A DNA stretch of 61,876 nucleotides, counting the filler, from Choristocarpus tenellus KU-1152 (taxonomy: Eukaryota > Protista > Phaeophyceae), in the NCBI GenBank assembly GCA_964200185.2. It is 11 parts of 11 records of this genome, joined end to end, with 100 filler letters (N's around TTAATTAATTAA, not from the genome) between each part and the next. Parts side by side here need not be neighbours in the genome. Positions count along the whole stretch, not along the records: positions 52,060 to 55,668 come from CAXNAD020018976.1; positions 55,769 to 61,876 come from CAXNAD020008917.1; 9 more parts are not named here. One strand, written 5' to 3'. Of this stretch, positions 52,060 to 61,876 are shown piece after piece (the stretch's first letter is position 1; the number at the start of each line of letters is the position of its first letter). The notes beneath the pieces were generated by a model that searched no databases, was not told the DNA's origin, and saw only the letters and a list, made by a program, of their open reading frames with translations. The translations under genes and the position numbers were made by a program.

Positions 52060-53292
52060 GTGGTGGTGGTGGTGGTGACTGGGGTGGGAGGTGGGGTGAG
52101 ATGAGTTGGAGTGGAGGAGGGGGTGAGGTGGGTTGATATGGGGGTAGGGGGTGCTCCGGCCTGTGGAGTGGGGTGGGTGGGGTGTGAGTTTTGGCCTGGG
52201 ATATTGTGCAGAGAAAAGAGGTGGATTGGGATGCAGTTGCATTATTCAGGCAGGTTATGAGCCCCCCAGGGGGTGGTCTTTGGCTGGTTAGGGTGTTGTA
52301 GGTGCAATTGAAGAGTGTGGGGATGGGTAAGTGTGTTCCGCAGTAGGGGCATGTGAGAGGGTGGTTGGCATCTTCGCAGAGGCTGACCATGCCGTTGAGG
52401 TGGAGCAAGCACCCACAGGGGAGGGTGCCTTGGGGGTCTGGGGGGAGAGGCTCTAGACAGCCCGGGCAGGGAGGGAAAGAAGGGGGAGGGGCTGGGGGTT
52501 GGGGGCGTGGGATGGAGAATAGGCGGAATGGTGGGATGGAAAAAGGGATGGAGGACGATTGTGAGCGGATGGATTCCAGCACAGCTTCGCTTCCCACACT
52601 CCCCTCCATGGCGCTGTAGTAGTGTTTGGGGCTGGCAGGGGTACGACAAGTGGGGCACGGGATGGGATGTAGGGGTCTGGCGCGGAGGTATAGAGACGAG
52701 GCACAGCCCAGATCCAGTGAGTGTGTGCAGGAGGGAGTACTGGCTGCTGTATCTCGGAAAAACAGATCGCACAGTGTTCCGGTGTAAGCTGGCATGGTTG
52801 TTGTAATGGGCGTGGGATAGTGTCCCTAGAGTGGGAGGCTGGTTTTCGAAGCCCCGTAATATCTCTTATCACCTCCTCTCCTGACTCCTCCTCCTCGTAG
52901 CCGTGTAGGGGCGGGTCCCTCTCCCTGCTACCATCATCGTGTGCCTCTACCACCTCTCTGGCCTCATCCCCTTGAGTCCTCATTCGGTTTTCCGTCCGGG
53001 CTACGCCATCCTGCAGAGACAAAACATGTCTACCTATTCCTGAAGAGGAGTGGTGTGCTCTGCTTATGTTCCCCCCTTGCCTGTGCCTATCTCGTGAGCC
53101 GCCATTCCCATCCTCGATCGCCTCCACCTCGTCCCCATGTGGGCCCATTCCATTCTCTGTCCATCCTTCTCCATTCTGCGAAATCGAGACCTGGGTATCT
53201 ATTCCTAGAGCTGGGTTAGTCCCTCCACTTATATTCGTTCCTTGCCCCTGCCTGTCTCGTGCACTGTCTTCGCCTTCCTCCATCACCTCCAC
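52060..53292 (-). pseudogene. Intronless frameshifted ORF with acidic ~55-aa repeats and two RING-like zinc fingers; probably the N-terminal part of a retroelement ORF
   Basis: CAIC (frame 52453..53292) joins CTHSLDLGC...CPTCR (frame 52004..52795) across a frameshift. A second finger reads CPGC...CGCLLHLNG...CPYC. Confidence 0.5.
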
Positions 53293-56200
53293 AACCCCAT
53301 CCCCTCCTAGACTATATTGGCATCATTGTCAATGAAGGGTTAGTGTATGGTTCATTATTATGACGTCAGGTTGCTACTTTGACAATAATTTACCCTACCC
53401 AATGATGACAATTTGAATACACAACATCGGCGAGTCAGCACAAACTGTCTTGAACACTATAGTAATATAGTATTAGTAAAAGTAACTGTTGAAACCTGAA
53501 TCGAATGCATCGTGTTTGTGAGCAAAATGCGTAGACTACGAGCGATGAAGAATCACGGTGTTGCAAAGAATTGAGTAAAATGCGTAGTTTGTGTTGTGAA
53601 TAGATCTGACTTTGCTGCAAAGCACCGATGTATCTATTCTGTTGCAACTGATGTCATTGATCGCTCAATCCAGAATAATGTGATGTGAATTCAGTGTTAT
53701 TTCATGAGATATCCAGGTGTGCATCAGGTACTCTTATTGCAGAGGGAGCTTGGTGCATTATGAGAGATGAATGACAACCAAGAAATAAATAATAAACAAT
53801 CAAGGTACAACCCCCATCTTCTGGTGATAAGAAGAAAGAAAGAGAAAACAAGAAAAGGACAAACAAGAGGATAAGAGAACAAACTTGAATCAATATGTGA
53901 TGCAACTCAAGTGACTCATGGTGTTCCTGTACGTAGAATGCAAAGCGACTGTTCTATATTCCGGTGTTCTGATGGCAATTGATGTGGTGGTGATGAACTA
54001 GTGACAGTAACGACCAGTGCATAACTGACCAATCAACTGTCAGTATTGACTGGTGGAACTGTATCCTATCAAGGAAAGACAGATGAGTAGCCTATGTTTT
54101 AACAGTAACCTCACCTCAACTCATTTCCCAAACATCTGATCCTATAAAAAAAAACACATGATCAAGTACTGCAGAGTAGGCATAACAACCACGATCTACA
54201 TACGACATGTGTGTATGTAGGTAAGAAAATACGTGTTGTGTGTGGGGAACCAAGTAGATATTGCATTTTTCTTTACAAGAGGATAAAGGATCTGACTGAC
54301 TGAATGAGTCAGCAGCGACTTCTTCTCTCACCGAACACGTGCTGCGATCATGGAAGGACTTGCAGCTTCCCTACAGACAAAAACCTCTCAGGACACTTAC
54401 TTGCGTATGGTTATCCATCATTTACTCCTGGAAGAGGAGCATGGTGGGGTGTTACAGTTTTTTTCTGTTTTTATCAATTAGTCCTTGCTAGTCCTGGGAT
54501 GACACTATCCCCCCATGCCACACACCGTAGAATATGCTGCTTTTCAACGAAAATATTGGGGATATTGCTATATTAGGATTGGAGTTTGAGAACTTGACAC
54601 CAGAAGAGTGAGCCAAAGTAAACGAGAGGTACCCCCAGGTTTTGGGCGTTTTGCATTTCAAGTTTTTTTATCTTTCGCAACTCACCCATATTTCTATGGA
54701 TGACGTGCTTAAGTTTGACTTGAAAATGTTGATTTCTCCACTGAAAAAAATCAACACAATTCAGAAAGTATTGCAAAATACTTTTTATGTGCACAATCGC
54801 ATATGCAAAATTGATACTCCCCTTTCCACACACACTGAGATTAAGCAAAAGGCTCTTTTCCAGATGTACAGAGTGGGATATTTTTTCCCTTTCCTGGTAT
54901 CCTTAATATTCACCCTGCTACCTCTCAATTGGTTAGGATTTCAACACCTTTGCGGTGAAGGGTTTGAGCACCTCGCCAATCAAGCAGAGAAGTTTCTAGA
55001 TGAGGGAGTAACACATGAGGTAGGGAGAAGAGGGAATGGGGCTTTGCATTAGACAGGGCTGTGAAGACCCTCTTGAGACACATATTGTCAGTAACTGTAC
55101 AGGCACCTCTCTTGAGGCGTATCACATGCACTTCTGGTTGGATGGAGACACGGGATCAGTGGGCAAAAAGGGTCCTCACGGGTTTTGGGGATTCTACCCT
55201 AACTTCTCGACTAGTCAGGCTAGGAGAATGTTCTTAGGAAGTAATAATACCGTATGTAATATTGTTGTTAGCTAATGCATGAAATAGGAAGAAAGAATAA
55301 TGGAAACGACAACAAACTGTCCTTGTTGCTACAAAAATACTTGTGTAGTTCCTACCTTGGTTTGGTCTTTGTCCATCACCTGACGCACATACATGTAAAA
55401 TGTCAGTGGTAGGAATAAGATCATGTACTAATTGCTTGAAGCTGGTAACACCAGGCAGGCAGGTGGGCAAGAAGGGGTATTGGGATTCTTTCCTAGCACC
55501 TCGTCCACCTTCTTCATTGGGCTAGGGCTAGGAGCATTGCAGTCAGTATGCAAACATATATCTGTATTGTAGGGATTGATACCACAAGGAAAACTGTTCA
55601 TGGTTGGTCCAGGTCAAGAAGAAATATATTCGAAACGACAACTACTATTGTTGACCCAAAGTATCTGGNNNNNNNNNNNNNNNNNNNNNNNNNNNNNNNN
55701 NNNNNNNNNNNNTTAATTAATTAANNNNNNNNNNNNNNNNNNNNNNNNNNNNNNNNNNNNNNNNNNNNGATAATGCAAATGCACTTTTCCTGATTTTGGT
55801 CCAAGTGGACACCCTGGTGTAGATCCCCCCCCCCCCCAGATACTTACTTTGGGTCATTTGAATATTTCACAGTATATACATACTCTTCAAGAGGTTATAT
55901 GTACTAGATTACCATGCACCAAAGCGACTGACCATGGGGTAGGTGGATCTCGCCTTCATTTTACCACTAACCACGAAGTCTTTACCCTCTCACATCATAC
56001 GATATGTATGTCAGGGACAGGTCACCTTTTTGGGGGTCTCCGACATTGATGAAGATAATACGCGCGGTCATATACATTTGCGCGCGTCACCTTTGGCGAT
56101 TGAGGTCAGGTCAAGTGATGTTGTGGGTCAGACACACGGCTGGCACGCGGTAACCCCGAACATGAACGGTAGATTCTAACCAGCAACCCGAGATTTTGTT

Positions 56201-56363
56201 TTCTGTTCTGGCTGGTCACAACCAATCACATTGAAGATTGATCCACATGGCACTCTGAGGTTGTCAACATACACTCAACAGGCTTCAGTCTCATCTTTCA
56301 CTTCCTTTCTGACCCTCATCTCTGGTGGTTCTCATCACCCCCCATCACACAGAACCAGGCCCC

Positions 56364-56484
56364 TTCTACATATATATATATATATATAGAAACAGATACT
56401 CCAGTATGTAGTAGATAATCGTAGTTCTATATATATATATATATATAGAAACAGATACTCCAGTATGTAGTAGATAATCGTAGT
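56364..56484 (+). repeat. Tandem duplication of a ~60-bp unit containing (TA)n
   Basis: TTCTA(TA)nGAAACAGATACTCCAGTATGTAGTAGATAATCGTAG occurs twice. Confidence 0.9.
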
Positions 56485-57214
56485 AATATAGTTTCCATCA
56501 CGTACATAATTAACTGTTGTTAGTGGGGCAATACGTATATGATCTCTGTTTGTGACATTTTACATATATATTGCATGATACATATTTGCTCCCTGAAAAT
56601 GAACTCTTCAACATCTGTATATTGTTTTGCCCCTTCACAGATTAGAGACTCAGGAAGGGAACAGTGTAGCGCAACTGGTAATAAAATAGTGAATTGATGA
56701 ATGTTTTTCATATTTATGACCACTGTTTCTATTAGTATTTATTCTGACGTGTGAATACTTTTGGTTGATTTTTCCCTGACACATCTCCACAATGTCTGAG
56801 GTCATAATAATAAATACTTCTCCCTGACACATCTGCAAAATGTCAGAGGGCATAATAATAATAATAATATACTAACTATTCAACAATGGTTTCTTACAGG
56901 TTGGTAGCTGTAATGGAATGTGTAAACTGTCCTATTGTCGTGAGGCAGGGTTCAATCAGTCGTGGGGGGTGTTCAGAATCACCAGTTGTGTCATGGTGGG
57001 GTGCTTCCAGCAAACCCAAAGTTCTCTGAGCCATCAAATCTTAGGAGAAGTTTGAAGAGAATCCCAGATCCACCAGATGACGTCACATCTTGGTGATCGT
57101 CAACGGTAAGGGGTCTGGGAATTCTCAAGAGTTCTCTGTGTTTGATATAATAGGTGGGAACGTCACCAATGACAAAGAAATGTGCGTGCAATGCACTTGT
57201 GTGCGCGCGCGGAT

Positions 57215-57401
57215 GACCCAAAGTATCTGTGGGGGGGGGGTCTACACCCAAGTGTCCATTTGGAAGAAAACCAGGAAAAGTACACTTTCATTATCCATCC
57301 AACGTATGGAACCATATGGAACCAAATCACCCAAAAATCGTGACATGAAAAAATTGGCGCCAAATAATGGACAGCCGCCACCCCCCCAGATACTTTGAGC
57401 C
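57215..57401 (-). mobile_element. MITE family B, full copy, 4-bp TSD GGAT; partial ends also at 33785-33810, 55653-55668, 55769-55855
   Basis: GGAT|GACCCAAAGTATCTG...CAGATACTTTGAGCC|GGAT. Confidence 0.88.
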
Positions 57402-58144
57402 GGATGTGTATCTGGACTGAGATCAGTTCCACAAAGTATGAACGAAAAAAATCAAAATTTAGAGGACGTCGTTATGGATACAGTAATACAGTACCTACCC
57501 CGATTTTATGCCAAATATTATGAACAAAATCGAAAAATATGCTATTTTGTACCGCTTTTTTCGACATGCTCAAAAAGTGAGAGTTTATGAAGTAATCTGA
57601 GTTTTGTGGGCGGAAGAATTCTGGTTGGTTGGGGGCATAGGACAAGCTTGGGTAGGGGAAAGAAAAAGAAGGAAGCAGGAAGAGAATGAATAGTTAAGGA
57701 AGGGACGAAATGGTTAATGGAAATGAGTGGTAGATAAAGAACAGCCGATTTCAAAAATTGAGGATGGAGCTTTTCATCGAGGATGGGCTTGACCCAAAAT
57801 TGACTGGGATAAAGTGTCGACATGATTTTTGCGGGAAGGACAGCAGCCAGTCAGTGAAAAAGGAAAGGAAACCAGGGGTACAAGACGAGGAGGGGAGAGA
57901 CCAAGGCAACCTCCGAGCAAGCTTTTCCCACCCACCCACTCTGTCGCTTGCTCACAAATGACGGAAACGCTGGGAAAGTGGGGGGGAGGAGAGGTCAAGT
58001 TACGGCGGGGTAGATGTCTTCTAGCTCAAAGGCGCGGTTTGAAGTGGATCATGAAGGGGTGTTCTTGGATGATTGTGGAATGGTGTTGAGTGGTGTGAGA
58101 ACTGCTGTGGGGTTGAGGGGAGTGGTAACTTGTGTGGCTTGAAA

Positions 58145-58253
58145 GGATGGCTGGCAATCATTGACGAAGGGCATTCGCACTGGTTGGCCATCAAATGTGG
58201 GATGGCTGGCAATCATTGACGAAGGGCATTCTCAATGGTTGGCCATCAAATGG
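58145..58253 (+). repeat. Tandem duplication, 55-bp unit x2
   Basis: GGATGGCTGGCAATCATTGACGAAGGGCATTC.CA.TGGTTGGCCATCAAATG occurs twice. Confidence 0.9.
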
Positions 58254-58659
58254 GGAATAGAGAATAGAGGAATGGCAAATTAGGAGTGGGCAAATAATAA
58301 TAATAATCCAGAATTCATGAGCAAAACAAACACCGATTGCCACAACCAAACCAGGAACAGATGTATCATAGTATAGTAGTGGAACAGTGAACAGTATAGT
58401 AATAGTAGATATATTGTATGGAAGTAGTGACTTGAAGTGTGTAAGTATAGAATGTCAAAATTGGATTGAGGACCATCTAAGATGGAACAAAATATTGAAC
58501 ACACCGACTTTTTTCCATTTTTCAAATATGAGTGGAATATTGAGTTCTCTCCTGCCTTCTCATTATGTATTACCATGTATCGTTTGTTTGAGAGATTGAG
58601 ACATGTTAGACTCATGATTCCTTGACATTGATTAATTTGACTATTATGGTGGAACAAGA

Positions 58660-59520
58660 ACAATGCAAACATTCACCACTCACCAAATTGATGTATGGCT
58701 TTCTTGGTCTTTTATCCAATTTCTCCTCATCTGCGAGGACGTAGTGGTGGAGTTTGTGTGACGTTGTGTCTCAGGAGTAAAGGAGGGGGCTTTGGTAAGC
58801 GTTGCTGACCGATCCTCTAGAAGCCATCTCCTTTGACTGTGGATATAGGTGTCACACAAATGTACTATTCAAGACGGACGTCCTCTTCGGTGGTCGCGAA
58901 GGCTAGTGCCGCCGCGAATGCCTTGCTTTCTTGCAGTCTTTTGACCTTCTGCTCTATCTCTATGGTGCTGGCTAACAAGGTGCGGGGATGTATTTTTGCC
59001 ATGGAGGATGTGTGGGACTGTTGGCTTCGTTGTACCTCATACCTGACCTATTTTCAACGACTACATGTGCCTCTTTGAATTCGCCTCGTGACTTCGAAAC
59101 CGTGATGGTAGTAAATGTCATTAGTAATTCCTTGCATTCCAGTGACATGCCTTGTGCTCGTTTACTGCTTGTTGCTGTACCGTCGAAGTATGGCGTGAAG
59201 GAAAGAAGTAGGTGGTCGGGGTGAAGAGAATTGTATCCACAGTAGGTATGATCTGTTCTGTACTTGATTTGAGTGGAAGGTGTCACCCTAGGTCGAAACA
59301 ACACTTTCTCTTTGCCCTTTTACAGGCTGGAGTGCCAGTGATCCAAGCACATTGGGCATATCGAGCACGTACGACACGGCAACGAGTTTGTTGAGATTGC
59401 TCACACCCTCCGATTTTCTGTATAGTGTTGGTCCTTCGAAATGGAATGTAAACACATCCGCTCTGTTGTGTTCCTTCTTGACTTTGATGTGGTTTTGTAT
59501 GCACTGTTCTTCATCCACGA
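58660..59520 (-). mobile_element. Possible decayed non-LTR retrotransposon RNase H region
   Basis: Fragments RSGMRY, ESKAFAAALAF...VRL and KKAIH occur in RNase H motif order, with many disruptions. Confidence 0.25.
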
Positions 59521-61876
59521 AGAAACCAACTCATGTTATACTACAACGTTTCACTCCAGAGTGAGATATAACAGTCATGCACCCTTAGAGCGTGGGTGAG
59601 GTTGGAGGGAATGATAAAATATGATCGGTATACTTAGCAAGTGTATTTATCTCCTCTACTGCTCTTTCAATATATGCAGCAAAGTAGAGGTAGTGACTGA
59701 CAGAGGATCTCCCCCTTTCTCTTAATGTCTGCTTTAACCCGTGCACCAGATGCTCTCTGGATCTTATGATGTGAACCTGAAGGTTCTTCTGTTAGCATTT
59801 CAGGTAACCTATTTGTGATACACGACCTAGGACTGTACACATTTGCTCAGCCTTGTACCTGTGACTCCCTCAGTCTCGCCAAAGACAGTACTGATTCCGC
59901 TCAACCTAGAGGATGCCCAATGTCTTCCCTTTTAGTAAATGCATCTGGGCAAGGACACTCGTAACCTATCTGGGACATTTTACCAATTGGTAGATCTGTG
60001 ATGGGAAGCTGCTCTCATACCATTTCACAGCTGAGATGTGAGTAAACATACTTTCTGTGTTGCTTTAGTTGTTTGAAGATGATTGAAATTAAAACCTGTA
60101 GCTTGTTGGAAATATGTTTCCAAGTTGCTGTGCCTTGACCCCCTCTGACTTGTGGAGATCATACGGTGGTCTACTCATGAGCCTCCTCACACAAGCCGTT
60201 AGTAGAGTTTGTCTCATATCCTAGCTCTTACTCTGCACTGCTTATATTATTGGCTTTTCCTAATCTTACAGAATCTGTGTGGGCTATGTTAAAATCGTCT
60301 TTTGCTGCAACTACTTGTTGATTTTGAATTGGAGAGTAGTGTAATTATTTTGGAGAGGAATGATTGGCACACCACCTGGTCATTTTTGTCGTTTTATCAC
60401 CCATTGCCGGGGTGATGAGTGAGTTTTAAAATGATTGCAATGGACTTAAGTAACGTGACTTTAATCGACTTGAACCAACCTAGGAGGTTGGCATAAATCT
60501 ACAAAGATCAGGTCAGATTATCCCTCTTGCATCTTACTATAAAACACTTACAACTCACCTCTTTCAGTTCTTGTAGCTCGCTGACACAGATTCTATTTCG
60601 GGAAATATATCCAATGTGAAATGAGCTGAAGCAACAGAGATGGGGATTTATAACATTTAGGCTTAGGGTTAGCTGTTGAGGTATGCAGGGTGCACCTGCA
60701 AGGTCACCAAGGCCTCAGAGGTGAAGCCCCAAAGTAGGGTAATGTACCGGTCTGAGTTGACCTGCGAGAAAGTAGGGTAATGTCTTAAGTTTTCTTTTGT
60801 TGTATGTCGACAACATGGGTTAGGGTTAGGGTTCTACTGGTCCAAATGTTGAATTTGTTGAAGGTCAAGCTGTACTCCAATAAAAAAATTAAAATGTTCG
60901 AAGAATGTTGAAGGTCAAGTTGTATGTGCTTACAGATAGTGCTCTTCCTAATCTGATCATCTCTGGACTTGAAAAATATTATGCAAATATCAAGATACAT
61001 TGAGTCAGAAACCTAGCATTGCATGATACCCCAAGTATTGCTTTTATTAGCATATAGTGTTTACACCAGTAGTGTAGGGTACAAGATACAACTAGAAGAG
61101 TGAATCCTGGATGGGGAGGTTTGGTCATGACATAGCTGACAAGAGTACCAAGGAAAACATGTATTACCTAGTCAACCACAGATAATTAATGTTCTATAGT
61201 ATTTGATGATCTATGTTATGCCTGAGTCCATGACTGTTGTCATGGGGACGCCTGTCAGTCAAGTACAAGATAAGTTTGAACATGGCCAAGCCTATGTCGG
61301 TGAACTGCTCCGAGATGACATCACTGTATGGCCAACAGGGGATAGTGTAACTGCCTGGAATAATGAAACGGACTGGACTGGTTATTTAATAGGTTATGAG
61401 TAGTGTGGCTTGCAAGAAGTAGAAAGAGGAAATCTGCAACAAATATTCCGCACGAAGAGATGAAGATATGATTTTGCTACATCTGGTAAAGATCTTGTAC
61501 TATATTAAAAAAAATATATGGTACAGGTGGTAACCCCTGATTTTTATGTGATTGGAAGGTGTTCTTGGCTTGGTACAATAAATGCTTTTGTGATTTCATG
61601 ACATGATTGTAGTAAATCGTTTTTAACATCAGGTTGCTTCTTTTTTGTAGGAGGTTTGTTTAATGTTTTAATTTGTCCATTTTCATTCTAATTTGATCCA
61701 ATGTAGTGTTTTAATTGATCCTTACTCAAACTCAAATATATTCTTTTTCATAGTTGACATTGATCCAGTCTGGTACAACACCTTTTTTGTTGTCAATTTT
61801 TGTCTGTCCCTTTTGATGACAAAAATGATGTCAATTTTTGTTACAAAAATTCATCAGCGATCAGTCTCTCTCCCCC

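Noticed and set aside
55653-55855. MITE ends on both sides of a spacer as one element joining two contigs
   Set aside because: Both are the same (GAC, long-spacer) end, so they belong to different copies.
1-61876. rRNA, tRNA, CRISPR arrays or prokaryotic operon/defence systems
   Set aside because: None were seen by eye. The gene structure is spliceosomal, and genes on different contigs cannot be treated as a cluster.

Overview
This is eukaryotic nuclear DNA, not one locus. Eleven contigs are joined by ten artificial 100-bp spacers (N44-TTAATTAATTAA-N44), so adjacency across spacers has no biological meaning. Intron-rich genes, scattered TTAGGG motifs and the copia RNase H style suggest an ochrophyte/brown-alga-like genome (inference only). 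Spliced genes reconstructed by hand: organellar release factor 2 (partial), prefoldin subunit 5 (complete), ATG16-like WD40 protein (3' part), PIG-A (3' part), an AAAP amino-acid transporter (5' part, with a GC-AG intron), a Dispatched/Patched-like sterol-sensing-domain transporter (14 internal exons) and two SDR fragments. Mobile DNA: an internally deleted Ty1/copia element, a decayed intron-containing Sola2-like DDD transposase, probable non-LTR remnants, and four MITE families sharing G(A/G)(G/C)NNAAAGT termini. The most striking unexplained signal is in MITE families A and B. Their interiors are unrelated, yet both keep a bipartite end (terminal 14-mer, spacer, GTCCATTTGG) with a ~16-bp spacer at one end and ~26 bp at the other, a one-helical-turn asymmetry reminiscent of the RAG 12/23 rule. 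They also leave either 3-bp or 4-bp target-site duplications. All protein assignments rest on motif recognition from memory, not database searches.
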